From: Eledone cirrhosa
Lineage: Eukaryota
Length of the DNA stretch: 64,000 bases
Assembly (NCBI GenBank): GCA_964016885.1
Contig: OZ024743.1
Coordinates: 320,354,001 to 320,418,000, forward strand
Direction: 5' to 3'
Positions 25,712 to 39,266 of the stretch are shown here, piece after piece; the first letter of the stretch is position 1, and every line of letters starts with the position of its first letter. A program made the position numbers and the translations under genes. Below the pieces are notes generated by a model. The model was not told where the DNA came from. It made no database searches and saw only the letters and a list, made by a program, of their open reading frames with translations.

Positions 25712-28700
25712 GATAATGCCACACAAGGGCCAAGTGGGATGGCGGATCCACAGATGGCTATGTAAACATACATTCGCCAATCCTCGATAAGAGTGTTTAA
25801 ATATCGAACATAAACAGTTCGAATAACGGTGAAATGGAGACTAGAACGTCATGTGACAGACTCTCACCCAACAGGTGCCCCCTGGCTCAGCAGCAGGAAC
25901 CTGACTGTCAACCAAATACTGCTGATGTTGGAGGAAGAAGAAGAAGGAAAGGGGCCAGAACCAACTGGACGAAAGAATTGAATAGAACTGTTATGCAATG
26001 CTACCTGAAAAGTAACCCCAAGGAGAGGGGCTACAGGAGACGGATGCATAACATCTGGAACGAGATTGGTTTATTTAAATTAGATGAACAAAAATTGGCC
26101 GGGCAGGCTCGGGTAATAAGAACTAATGGGTGGATAAGCGAGCTGGAACTGGAGGAACTGAGCAGAGAGAATGGCTTGGAGATGGCGGGTGTAGTATGCC
26201 AGACAAGCGAGCCGGCGGGAAATGAAGGTGAGGAGGTCCTGAGAACGGAGGAACCACCCGAAGCAGACAATGATCTGAATACTGAGATAAATAATACCTG
26301 GAACAGAGATACGGCCACTGAGGAGATGAATGCTGACGGGCTAGGACAAGATTCGGTTGACATCCTAAATTTAGTGGTAGATGAGTTGAACAATGATAGT
26401 GGGAGACCTATGAACCTAAGATTTGTAGACAGGAAAAAGTTAAAAGAAACAACAGCTAAGGTAAACAAAGTCATCCCATACCTTGAGGCGAGGAGTCTTT
26501 ACCAGTGCAACAATATCCTCAAAGCAACAGCAAATACGGTGAGGAAACTACTTGGTATAAAAGCGAGAGGAAACAACAGACAAGAAAGAGCAGAGCCGTG
26601 GTGGAAGAAGCGACTGAGTGGGCAAATCGAGGAAATGAGAAATGACATAGGAAAGCTTGAGTCACTACTGAATGGGACACTAAAAAACATAGGCACTAAA
26701 AATAGACTGGAAATAAAATACAAAACTAGGAGTAAAAAGCTAAATATTATCATAGAGGAATTGAAGCAACGCATTGTAGCAAAGAGTGCACAAAATCAGG
26801 CGATACGAGAACAGAGTCAGTCAGTATAAACAGAACCGCATGTTCGACAACAACCAGAAGATGCTGTTTGGACAGCTTGAGGGGAAAGAAAGAGGCAACG
26901 ACTTGATCCCTGGGGCGGAACAAGCTAAAACATTCTGGAGAGGAATATGGGAGCAGGATGTTAGACACAATGCCCAGGCAGGGTGGATTGAGACAGTACA
27001 GAGGGAGATCGGTGAGCAGGCACAGCAACAGACTGATTTGAGTATCACAGTTGAAACTCTTAAGGGGCAAGCCAAAAAACTAACCAACTGGAAATCACCA
27101 GGCCCAGATGGTGTGCAGGGGTATTGGATTAAACATTTAACATCCCTCCACCCGAAGCTGACGGCCATGTTCAATGACTGCTTGGTGTCGGGTGAGGTGC
27201 CAGAGTGGTTGACAAAAGGTACCACAGTTCTGATAATGAAAGACCGAATCAAGGGTAATGATGTTACCAACTATAGACCTATCACATGTCTGCCCGTAAT
27301 GTGGAAACTGTTGACGAGCATTGTGTCTGAGGAAATCTACCATCACCTCCACACAAACAACTTGTTGCCGGACGAACAGAAAGGATGCCGAAAGAAGTCA
27401 CGTGGTACAAAGGACCAGTTGCTTATTGATAAGATGGTAATGGGGAATTGCAGGAGGAGACACACTGATCTTGCCATGGGATGGATAGACTACAGAAAGG
27501 CATTTGACATGGTGCCTCATTCCTGGATCACCAAAAGCCTGGAGATCTTCAGGGTGGCAGATAACATCAGACAGTTGCTGGGCAGGAGTATGGGGTCCTG
27601 GGAGACAGAGTTGACATCAACTGGAGTATCCTTGGGAAGCGTGAAGATCAAGAGAGGTATCTTCCAGGGAGATAGCCTGTCCCCTCTGTTGTTTGTCCTT
27701 GCCCTGATGCCCTTGACCATTATGCTGCGAAAAGTGAGAGCAGGATACAAGTTGGGAAGGGGAGAGCTTACCATCAATCACCTCCTCTTCATGGACGATC
27801 TTAAGCTCTTCGGGAAAAGTGAGAAGGAGTTGGATGTGCTTGTTGACACTGTCCGTATTTTCAGCAGTGATATATGTATGCAGTTTGGTATTGGTAAATG
27901 TGGAGTCATTGTGATGAGGAGGGGTAGGTTGAGCAGAAGTAACGGGATCCAGATACCAACAGGTGAGATGATAAAGGAAATTGACTCTGAGGAAGGATAC
28001 AAGTATTTGGGCGTTCTGGAGGCTGATGGCATAAAGAACAAAAAAATGAAGGAATTGTTAAGAACTGAATACATTCGGAGAGTAAGGAGCGTATTGAAGT
28101 CACATCTGAACAGCAGAAATGCCATAAGCGCAGTAAATTCCCGAGCTGTGTCTATTATTAGGTACAGTGCGGGAATTCTGAGATGGAATGTTGCTGAACA
28201 AAAAGAAATGGATAGGAAGACTAGGAAGCTATTGACTATCTACAACATGTTCCACAAGAGGAGTGATGTCGATAGACTCTACCTAAGGAGATCTGAGGGT
28301 GGAAGAGGTCTTATCAGCATAGAGGACTGTGTTCAGATGGAGAAAAACAACCTATACAAATACGTGACCTATAGTAAGGAGCCAATGCTCAGAGCTGTAC
28401 TGAAGGAGGGGACAGTAGGCCAGGGGATATCCAAGGAGGAAATAACATCAAGGAGGAAGAGCAGCCTTAAGGGAAAATCCCTTCATAGTACCTTCTTTGA
28501 GAAAACTGAATTTAGAGATCCACAGACATGGAACTGGTTGAGAAGAGGAGACCTCAAAAAGGCTACAGAAGGAATACTAATGGCTGCGCAGGAGCAGGCC
28601 CTCAAAACGAAGTGGTTGAAGCACCATATCTACAAGGAGGAGGCTAGCCCACTGTGCAGGATCTGTGGAGAGAGAGAGGAGACTGTGGCTCACATTGTGT

Positions 28701-29246
28701 CCGAGTGTAAACACCTAGCCCAGACCCACTATAAGGGCTGGAGACACGATGTGATGGGCAGGGTGATCCACTGGCACCTGTGCAAAGTAAACAATCTACC
28801 ACATTCTGAGAAATGGTATGAGCATAGGCCAGAGGCGGTGATGGAGAACAGTCAGGTGAAGGTGCTGTGGGATTTTAGGATACATACGGACAAAAAACTG
28901 GAACACAATAGACCTGACCTGGTGGTTGTGGACAAAGAAAAAAGATCGTGCCTGATTGTGGATGTGGCCTGCCCGTTCGACACGAGAGTGCAAGAGAAGG
29001 AGAGGGAGAAAATTAACCGATACCAGGACCTAAAGTGGGAGGTGAAAAGGATTTGGAACTGCCATGAAGTCAAAGTGATCCCGATTGTCATAGGCGCACT
29101 GGGGACTATCTCCAAAGGTTTCCAGGGATGGTTAAAGAAAATCGGCCCCTTCACGCTTTTTGGAACGCTGAGGCTGCAGGTAGTGGCTTGATATTCAATC
29201 CAACGGACTTTCCAGTTAACCAACATCAATGACTGAGATTCAAGGA
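25712..29246 (+). mobile_element. Near-full-length Dong/R4-like non-LTR retrotransposon
   Basis: Single long ORF (RT, CCHC, restriction-like endonuclease), short 3' UTR and (AAT)n tail. The 5' boundary is approximate. Confidence 0.92.
25834..29191 (+). pseudogene. R4/Dong-type ORF (RT and RLE) with one frameshift and a C-terminal deletion
   Basis: NYRPITCL, QGDSLSPLLF, FMDD, CRICGEREETVAHIVSEC, RHD, RPDLVV..DVACP..KINRY. Frameshift in an A-run near 26793. About 56 bp deleted at 29169 relative to the sibling copies. Confidence 0.92.
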
Positions 29247-29257
29247 ATAACAATAAC

Positions 29258-29295
<38 letters not shown>

Positions 29296-29327
29296 TAATT
29301 TCTTTATTGATAATATGAAATATCTAC

Positions 29328-29543
29328 CAGAAAATGTCCAGAAATCATCACCAACAAGGCCGTATGTCTTTGGATCATTGTGTGTGACACTACATTCGGA
29401 GTTAAATTGAGAGAATTCCATTGCTTTGCATTTATTAACCAGGCATTTCGCTTTACATTCTTTTTCTGTATTAATATTACCGAACTCAGCAAGATGAACA
29501 CAAGTTATTATACTTGCTCCGTTGATTACAACATTTTTGCTTT
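29328..29543 (-). CDS. Host gene exon: second PAN/apple-like domain
   Basis: Acceptor ttttccag. Translates ESKNVVINGASIITCVH..ECKAKCLVNKCKAMEFSQFNSECSV..FWTFS. 216 bp, phase 1-1. The donor (gtagat) is weaker. Confidence 0.75.
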
Positions 29544-30672
29544 CTGGAAAATATGATGGAAAAAAACATGAATTTCATTAGTTGACATCAAACTCTTCTG
29601 GGTGCATAAGAAATGACAATTGCTACCTATCCCCGTTTATAAGCCCTCTCCTCTTTCTCTCTTTTACTATCTTTATATCTTACCACGTATAACTGTAAAT
29701 GTGTTTGTGGGGTTATAATAGTGTTTGTATCCTATGGTTATGGGTTCGATTACAAAATATATTGTGTCCAAATACAGGTGTCGGATGGATGGTGACTACT
29801 CTCTCGAATATGCAGGTTATGGAACAAAGCTTTGTTTAAAGTAATACAAAATACAGCCAAAGTTTTCTGGTAGAACGCAGCTAACCAGCATGTTTAACTT
29901 ATTGCTAGAGTACATCCCCAAGGAGGGCGCTAATCCAAAGGATTAGCATATGTTACTTATAACTATAGAACGTTAATGAGAGGATCACAGTTACAATTTA
30001 TCTCGAGGTCCAATGAAAGTGCAATTAGAGAAATCTAGGCTATCGGTTAGGAAATATTTTTGAATACATACATCGCAATAATGTATGCACAATAGTTAAC
30101 CGTCTAATTGGAAGCGTGGCTATTTGGTTAAAGTTTTACGCCGTGTCCAATGTAAAATGAAATAATGTTCTGGCTCAAACATTGAAAGCATTTTCCAAGC
30201 ATTATTCACCGGGATTAATGTACAGATATACACAAGTGTTTCCTCTTTTAAAAGTACCATTATTAGTGGCATACCCAAAATATCAATTCACAATCGAAGC
30301 CACCGAACAAAACATACGAATCAAAATGGTAAATCTCATCGATACAATAAAGTCTTCTATTAAGATTAGACACGAGATACGTGACGATGTTTCGTTAGTG
30401 TGATTATATAACTCTGCCTATGGCACCACTGATCCAAACCTACATATCTGTTTTCTTTCATTCTGAAAAAGTTGCTTTAACAAGGAAATATGTAATATAA
30501 TGTACAATTGTGTAATGTTGTTTTGTATTCTTGGTTTATTCTCGTTTCTCTCTGATCTCGGTTTTTACAGCTGATGAAGGATTTTTTCTTTTTCTTTTCT
30601 TCTCTTGTTTCGTCCATACTACCTTCTTAAACTGTTTTTACATTAACCACACAGCTCCTTTCGTTTCTTATC

Positions 30673-30812
<140 letters not shown>

Positions 30813-31051
30813 ATAAACTCAAACAGTCCTTTACAATTAAATAGCTCAAAGAAAGAAGTATTTCTGAGCCGTGAAATACAAGTTAATATAAATTAATATA
30901 TATGATAAACACTAATACAATCATATAAGTGTTTGTATTGTAAATGACCAAGTTAGCTAGATTGAAAAATACTAATTAGATTAATACAGTTTGCCTGTCT
31001 CTATTTAAAATAATAAATCAATAAAAACAAACCCATATTGGCAATAGCCGT

Positions 31052-31181
31052 GGTACTTGGACAAATTTAAATTTCAAAATCCAAACCTGTTCCGTAGATA
31101 AGTTTAAACTTCAAAACCCAAATAAGTTTCGATAATTGAAAAAGTGAAAAATTCCATCTTCTGCTCTCATCAGCAAGTACC
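31052..31181 (-). ncRNA. Hammerhead ribozyme fold with a long stem III (left arm copy)
   Basis: Reverse complement of 31521-31650. Confidence 0.7.
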
Positions 31182-31520
31182 CAGTAAATTGGTATGTTTC
31201 ACCTCAAAATATTTAAAAGTTCTGATCGACGCACATGGTATTTCAGCGTCTAGCTACCCCATACTCGTGCTGCTAGAAATTACAGCCTTGTATTTCACGG
31301 CTCAGAAATACTTCTTTCTTTGAACTATTTAATTGTAAAAGATTGTTTGAGTTTATAACTCTATATATATAGTATAACGGCTCCTTTTGTTGAGCTAATT
31401 TTAGTCCCATAAAAACGGCTGTTATTTCTAGCAGCACGAGTATGGGGTAGCTAGACGCTGAAATACCATGTGCGTCGATCAGTCCTTTTAAATATTTTGA
31501 GGTGAAACACCAATTTTCTG

Positions 31521-31650
31521 GGTACTTGCTGATGAGAGCAGAAGATGGAATTTTTCACTTTTTCAATTATCGAAACTTATTTGGGTTTTGAAGTTTAAAC
31601 TTATCTACGGAACAGGTTTGGATTTTGAAATTTAAATTTGTCCAAGTACC
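31521..31650 (+). ncRNA. Hammerhead ribozyme fold with a long G-U-rich stem III
   Basis: Perfect 8-bp stem I ggtacttg/caagtacc; CTGATGA at 31529; GAAAC at 31572; GTC triplet at 31640-31642. Confidence 0.72.
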
Positions 31651-31823
31651 ACGGCTATTGCCAATATGGGTTTGTTTTTATTGATTTATTATTTTAAATC
31701 GAGACAGGCAAACTGTATTAATCTAATTAGTATTTTTCAATCTAGCTAACTTGGTCATTTACAATACAAACACTTATATGATTGTATTAGTGTTTATCAT
31801 ATTTATATTAATTCATATTAACT

Positions 31824-31860
<37 letters not shown>

Positions 31861-31864
<4 letters not shown>

Positions 31865-32645
31865 TCCGTTATTTCCTAATGTTAGTTGAGTGAGTTGGAA
31901 ATTGGTCGGAGTATCGTTAATAGCTTTCTCGGTTTATGTAATTATGTGTTCAACTCTTGGAGCACCAGATATGAACTTTCCCGATATAAGGTATGACTCT
32001 CTTTGTTTATTTTTTTATATGAATATTGATTGTTTGTTCCTGTGTCTCATATCTGTTATTTTGCCTGAGAAAATATCTCTATGTGTCCTTAAACAGTGCA
32101 CACTTATTTTTTCATATCCAATTCAGTTCTTCGCACGAGGCTTGAATTCTTGTCAGAGTTCAATGACCTGCGTGTATATTATTTTTCCCGGTAGCCTCCT
32201 CCTCCCATTTTAGGGACAGTGTGAGTTTTTCTTTAGAACTACTGGACTTACAACCTAACAGCTTCTTCTAGCACTGATGGTGATTATCCCTAAATATTGA
32301 TGTTGATTTAGTTATTAATATTAATATTATTGGGCACTCACTGAAGATTTATAAGTGCCCACTTGCATAAGAATCCATTGATCTTACACAATCTTCTACA
32401 TAACTTGGTATAATTTCACCCACCATGTAGAAATCTTATAATGAAACGATCGTTTGGGAGATGAGATCTTTATCATATTTAATATATCTCATATAAAATA
32501 ATACAGCCAATTATCCACACAATACAATATAGTTAGCACCCCAAACGTTTAATTGGGAATATACTCCGGCATTTTCAAATGTTTGTTGAGTGAGTTGGAA
32601 ATTGGTCGGAATATCGCTAATAGCTTTCTCCGTTTATGTAATTAT
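31861..32645 (+). mobile_element. Non-coding unit with terminal direct repeats of about 85 bp (partial-tandem pLTR-like) between (TA)n arrays
   Basis: atactccg..gagtgagttggaaattggtcgga..gtttatgtaattat occurs at 31861 and 32561. Contains an internal hammerhead. Confidence 0.65.
32337..32458 (+). ncRNA. Hammerhead ribozyme fold with an extended stem II
   Basis: ctca CTGAAGA tttataag ...(about 80 nt)... cttataat GAAA cgatcg TT tggg, with a palindromic stem III. Confidence 0.55.
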
Positions 32646-32755
32646 ATATATATATGAAAGTAGGGAGAAAAAGACGATTAGTAGGAAGAGAAATATTTTT
32701 TTTTCCTTTTATATATATATATATATATATATGGAAACTCTGATTCGTAGAATCG

Positions 32756-32852
32756 AGACATTTCTGAGGATGTTACGATTTCGGCGTCAGGTTTCATCAT
32801 TGCATCGATCGGGCCTCAAGATGGTCGCCAGAGAAACGATTGTAATATGTCT
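32756..32852 (+). ncRNA. Hammerhead ribozyme fold
   Basis: agacattt CTGAGGA ... GAAA cgattg TA atatgtct. Stem I pairs 7 of 8 bp, but stem II is poorly defined. Confidence 0.5.
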
Positions 32853-32973
32853 AGTAAATCTTCTTCGTCGCACCACTGATTCTCCGTTTCTTATGTGATA
32901 TTATACTCTGCTCTGTAAGAGCATCGAGTGCTCAAACGGCATACCACTTACGGACGCTTTAAGCATCCCACAC

Positions 32974-33107
<134 letters not shown>

Positions 33108-33289
33108 CACATACATACATATATACATAATGGCTGCAATTAGGTTTCGAGTAATACCATAGCATGATACTTAAGCATGAGCATCATGGACGTGTGAGAG
33201 TCTTGTAACTATGTTAGAAACCGACTCTCTCGCTCTATTGGCAAAAATTTGTGAAATTATAAAACCAGAAGAACATACATACATACATA

Positions 33290-33900
33290 CATGGTGGCTG
33301 CCAACTCGTTTTCGAGTACGGCCACTACTTTATATCCATGTAGGAGAACTCCTACCGATGCACTGAACGAGTGTGACATTTTATTCCAGCCAGCGACTTG
33401 AAAATTCTGGTACAAACACTACACTTGCGACAATTATTGACACATAATGCTAGGCCCATGGTACCATGTGACGACAAGTGCAGAGAGATCTCCAGATATA
33501 AAGCAATGCCTGTGCCGTGAAGCTTTTATAGTGAGCAAAGGCAGTGCACAAAGCCAGTCCCACTCTCTTAACCAAGATGATATTTACCAAAAAGAAGAAC
33601 AAGTCAACATCATTGGATACCATCAGAGTTGCAGGTGTTATATCAGAGTTTTCCTTCTCCTAGAATTCTGTCTTGACAAAGGCTAAAAGGGTCATCTCTC
33701 CCGGTGATTTTGGATTGCCATTGACTCTTAAGAGCTCCTTTTCCCTTTGACAGGTTTTGTTTTTAGTCCTGCAGGATGTCCAAAGTCACCCTCCTCACCA
33801 AGAAACCTTGGTGGCGTTGACAGTTTAGTCGCCAACGACCCGACCATGAGACAGGTTGTACTGGGATACATATTACCAGTAGCACCAACTGGTGACCTGA
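33290..33900 (-). mobile_element. Non-autonomous retroelement of about 610 bp (family B) flanked by (ATAC)n
   Basis: Highly similar copy at 35053-35658 and a diverged copy at 45846-46320. No intact ORF. Orientation inferred. Confidence 0.7.
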
Positions 33901-33940
33901 CACATACATACATACATACATACATACATACATACATACA

Positions 33941-33971
<31 letters not shown>

Positions 33972-34306
33972 TTACAATGTGTGTGTATTAGTGGGGGGGG
34001 GGGCGTATTGTTAAAACTATTTTAAGAAAGCCAGTTCAAGCAAGTTTGAAATACCGAACTGAAAATGGAAGTAAGCTAAGACAAAGGTAAACAATATGCT
34101 GAAAGCTACAGTTATAATTTCATAAACATATCAACACACTTTGATTTCTCTTACGAGCAATAACAAGGAAATGGAATCAAAATTGTTCAGTCGATGACAT
34201 TCTACGTACTTACTTTACACTTTATAATTCCATTTACTGAATATTGAATTTAAAATGTTCTTCCTAAGGTTTGGATCACATTGTCTTTAATGACATTCAT
34301 ACTTAC

Positions 34307-34540
34307 CAATTAGTTGATAGTAATCCCTGTATGGACATTCACTGGGTGTCAAAGTGACAGTTGTAGCAGCATTGAAACCAAAGAGTTGACAACGTTTTAC
34401 AAGTTCATCGTAATTAAATGATTTACATTTCTTATTTTTGAGACATCTGTGAGCACAGATTTCCGTTTGTGTGTCGTTTGTCTCTTCCAGAACAGTTCCT
34501 TCTATGTAAGCCACGGTTACACGAGTAAACATGTGCATGA
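34307..34540 (-). CDS. Host gene exon: first PAN/apple domain
   Basis: ttgcag acceptor and gtaagt donor. Translates CAHRCLKNKKCKSFNYDELVKRCQL..DYYQ. 234 bp, phase 1-1. Confidence 0.88.
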
Positions 34541-34609
34541 CTGCAATAAAAGGTGCAGATATTTAAGTATAATCACATATGAATGCTGACCTATGAATAA
34601 GTACTTATG

Positions 34610-34679
<70 letters not shown>

Positions 34680-34822
34680 ATTTATATTCCTGCTCTGTAA
34701 AACACCTGATGTTCTTACATTGAGGTATTTCCCTTACTGGTGATAAGGTAGTAATAAATTACTGACCTTTCCTGTTTATAGTATATACATAACTATAAAT
34801 AATATCATTATTATATATATAT

Positions 34823-34853
<31 letters not shown>

Positions 34854-34994
34854 AAACGGGCGGTGCGTTATGTGCGTTATGAGCAAGACACTTCATTTCA
34901 CGTTGCTCCTTCTACCGATGGATAGTATTAGCAATTGGAAAGACCAATGGAAACATTGTTTCATCGGTCCGATTTGACGAAAGTCGATCGTTCC

Positions 34995-35052
<58 letters not shown>

Positions 35053-35055
<3 letters not shown>

Positions 35056-35658
35056 GTGGCTGCCAACTCGTTTTCGAGTACGGCCACTACTTTATATCCA
35101 TGCAGGAGAACCCCTACCGATGCGCTGAACGAGTGTGACTTTTTAATCCACCCAGCGACTTGAAAACTCTGGTACAAACACTACACTTGCGACAATTATT
35201 GACACATAGTGCTGGGCCCTTGGTACCATGTGACGACAAGTGCAGAGAGATCTCCAGATATAAAGCAATGCCTGTGCCGTGAAGCTTTTATAGTGAGCAA
35301 GGACACTGCACAAAGCCGGTCCCACTCTCTTAACCAAGATGATATTTACCAAAAAGAAGAACAAGTCAACATCATTGGATTCCATCAGGGTTGCAGGTGT
35401 TATATCAGAGTTTTCCTTCTAGAATTCTGCCTTGACAAAGGCTAAGGGCTCATCTCTCCCGGTGATTTTGGATGCCATTGACTCTTAAGAGCTCCTTTGC
35501 CCTTTGACAGGTTTTGATTTTAGTTCTGCAGGATGTCCAAAGTCACCCTCCTCACCAAGAAACCTTGGTGGGGTTGCCAGTTTAGTCGCCAACGTCCCGA
35601 CCATGAGCCAGGTTGTACTGGGATACATGTTACCAGTAGCACCAACTGGTGACCTGAC
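35053..35658 (-). mobile_element. Family B non-autonomous element, second copy
   Basis: Direct repeat of 33290-33900. Confidence 0.75.
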
Positions 35659-35849
35659 ATATATATGTATACATACATATATACATACATACATTCATAC
35701 ATATATATATACATGTGTGTGTGTATGTGTGTGTGTGTGTGTGAGACTTAATTATTTTGGTGACAGGCAGAATAAATTCCCATTAGGGGCGCCATATTGA
35801 CATACGGCCTTTATAGGGCATTTGTAAACCTAGCAAAGTTAATCCCATT

Positions 35850-36150
35850 GAGGTTAACTTTACCTTTCATCCTTACGGGGTCGATAAAATAAAGTACCAG
35901 TAATGCAGTGGGTAAATGCTGGCCTTGTGCCAAAAGTAGAAACAATTATAATATATATGACGACAACTGCACCGTTTGCTGCTTGTAATATGTTGATATA
36001 GGCGGCGAATTAGCAAAACGGTGAGAACGTCAGATAGAATGCTTTGCAGTAGTCATTTCGGCCCTCTGTACTCTGAGCTCAAATCCCGCCGAGGTCAAAT
36101 TTGCCTTTCATTCGAGGTCTATAAAAGAGTACCAGACAAATACTAGGATC
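35850..36150 (+). mobile_element. SINE family A 3' half plus a related tRNA-SINE copy
   Basis: gaggttaactttacctttcatcc..gccaaaagtagaaac, then ggcggcgaattagc..gagctcaaatcccgccgagg. Confidence 0.75.
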
Positions 36151-36490
36151 AATTCTTCTTCTATATCTCTTTCTTTGTTTTATTCTTTCTCTGGAAGAAA
36201 TATCCTGTATTCAGACATGGAGAACATTAGGCTCCGCTAGGTTTACAAATGCCCTATAAAGGCCGTATGTCAATATGAATCCATGCATGCAATATATTGA
36301 TGTGTTTAACCTCAATCCCATAAAACCTCTAACATATCTTTTTCTCTCATATATGACTTGGGATTAGTATTATTACAATAATTATTCTCCATCATAGACT
36401 AGGTCCTTCAATTAGTTTCAAACGTTGAATGTTATAATCATATTTTGTATAAATAAGAAACAACAGTTAATCATAAAGAATTAAATATAC

Positions 36491-36526
36491 CTGGTTTTGT
36501 GAAATCTGGATCAACAATAGGTTTGG
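36491..36526 (-). CDS. Host gene 36-nt linker exon (PKPIVDPDFTKP)
   Basis: tttctacttcag acceptor and gtatat donor. Phase 1-1, open in frame. Confidence 0.7.
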
Positions 36527-37327
36527 CTGAAGTAGAAATTAAATTAGATTAACGATATTTAAAATGACACATAACATGTGATTAATTTCCTCTCTTTAAT
36601 TGATCTTCGATGTTTTAACTTAGAATATAATAATGTTTCACATGAAGATCATGTTGTATTATCAACTTATAACTTCGTGAAATTACTCAGCCTGGTGAAC
36701 TAAATCATTTTAACGGATGTTGACTTCGCTAAAGACAATAAGAAAGTACTGGGGATGAATAACAGGAACATAGGTTGGCAGTTCAATGCCTCTAACAACG
36801 CAATCATTAGCATTTAATATGTTTGCAGTGTAATCTACCCTCAATGAAAAGCCGTACTGTACCGAATATTTCAGACACGTGTAACTGAGAAATAGGCTAA
36901 GTTAAAACTTAAAGTGGCTCTGTCTTGATGATATAATAACATAGATATGGCAATAAGTTGTGCTTAGATTGATATTTGTTTCTGTCTAAAACGACACCAA
37001 TAGTATATTTGAATATATTGTATAACCACTTTTACTTGGCAATGTTGCATCCGTTATTAAATATAGTGGTGCCGAAACACCAAATGTTATACTGTTTGCA
37101 AGAATACATTTAGTTGTTCTCCACATGAAGTCATGAGATATAAGAAAGCCCCCGAGCATTTTAATCAATAATATTAATAACTTATTATCTGGAACACGTA
37201 AAAGTGTTGCACACAGGTGCAGCGGTTAAGTCGAAGCTGTATACCAGGATTTGTCAGACTGATACATAATAAAAAGATTCGTTCAACCTTTAAAATTGAT
37301 AAAATAAAATAAAATTATCAGGCTTAC

Positions 37328-37345
37328 GTGGTGGGTCAATTACAT
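37328..37345 (-). CDS. Host gene 18-nt microexon (DVIDPP)
   Basis: cttcttttctcttttcag acceptor and gtaagc donor. Phase 1-1. Confidence 0.7.
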
Positions 37346-38511
37346 CTGAAAAGAGAAAAGAAGATACAGATGATACAATAAAAAAATATTTATTAAAATG
37401 TCAACATTTTTATTGTTAGAACAAAATGTATAAAGATATTCTTGATGCATCACTATGCTCACTACTCTCTTTTGTTTTAATTTCAACCCATTTGTCAGTA
37501 AATATATTCGTGTTAAGCTATTAACCAATCGAAAATCTATGACAATTCATAGAGTTGCTTTTATACAGATTTGATCTCACATTTATTTGTAATATTTTTA
37601 GAAACTAAAAGTCAGAAAGAAAAAAGTAGAAATGATCATTGTTCCAGCCCGTTCAATGTTTTACTGTTGTTTTCGGAGGAACATGAACTTCTATAAGGAT
37701 TTAGTCAATACTGTGGCATTTCAACAGCTGAAGTATCGGCTGACGCTCTCATATTCATGGATGAAGTATTGTATCTCTCCTCGATATATAAATTTCAACA
37801 CTTCTATTAATTTAACTGTTAAGAACTTACAGTTTGTAGTTAAAACTGTTTCTATGTGTACATCTTGTTGAAAGCATTTCACAAAAGATTCCTAATTTTT
37901 AGAAAATATTTGGTTATCACACCAACATTTACTGAACATATAGCATAATGAGCCAAGTTTAAAGAATCTTTTACAAATATAATACTGATTGTTATTTTTA
38001 AATGTGCTATTTCAACTGGAATAACCTCAAATGTTTTAATCTCTTAATCGCAATCTAGTGTCACCTATCAGATATAAAAAGTTATACAAGGATTTCACAG
38101 CTTGTTTATTTTTATTTTTTTTAAATTGAATATGAATTTCACTATTTTTCTAGAAACAGTTTCCTGCATATGTAATTTTATCCTGTTTATAATTTCAATC
38201 TAAACTTATACGCTGATACAGATAAATGTTTGTTTTGGACTTAGCTATCACTTAATTTGTTTCCTGTATTATATCACCGCTAATTGCGTATAATACTTTC
38301 ATTAATGAATCATAGACAAGTGAATTTATGAAATTTAAAGTCAGCAGTTGCAGAAGTTGGTTGCAATAATATTGTGCATAATATAATATTCTCCTACTTC
38401 TTTCATATTTTCGACGTTGAAAGGAAACAAGAAAGAACAGGGAAAGAGGATTCAAATATTTGTCTGTGTTGCAGCTAATTTCTTTTGATTGTTAACTAGG
38501 AATTCCCTCAC

Positions 38512-38520
38512 CTACAAGAG
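38512..38520 (-). CDS. Possible 9-nt microexon (ALV)
   Basis: tacag|ctcttgtag|gtgagg is frame-preserving, but the pyrimidine tract is weak. Confidence 0.3.
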   Translation of the reverse strand, partial: LL

Positions 38521-39199
38521 CTGTACATGGATAACTTTATATATTTGACGGTACAGAATTCATAATTAACACAGTGCTCTAATATGAGTAGGAATAGTAG
38601 ACAAGAATTAAAGAATTATTTTGATATTTTACAGATTAGATCTGTAGAAATAATCTCAATGTTATTGTCATGAGAAATGTACACAATGCTCCACAAAACT
38701 CATAGCTTTGATTCTAGTTATAAACAACTAATTTATTTGAACAATATAAATTATTTCTTTCGTCTTAAGCATCAAACCTAAGATTCTTTGACGTTGATTC
38801 TTGTCAATGATGTGTTTACTCTTAGATAGCTTAAATATATATGGCTAAACAATAAAGCTTTAATTGTTATTTTGCTGAGGCCCAGGACAATTAAATTACA
38901 TCAAATATTTTTGTTGCATATATAGAATGTAGCAATTCATTTTTAGTATAGCGAATGTCCTTCTTGTTCCCAAATCAATAGAGAATGAAATGGACGTAAA
39001 ATAAGAATCGAAATGAATCATGACTACAACAAACATGTTTGTCAAAATTTAAATATTCTTGCTAATTGTAATGTATTTTTATGAGATATGGAACTGAGAC
39101 ACCTCAATAAACTTTCACACTATATTTATCGTGTTTGGATGTTGTCAGTTACATACACCCCCACACGCACACACACACACACGCGCGCACACACACACC

Positions 39200-39266
<67 letters not shown>

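Noticed and set aside
30568-30590. acagCTGATGAagg motif (similarly 61891 CTGATGAcgc)
   Set aside because: No downstream GAAA, stem III or stem I partner.
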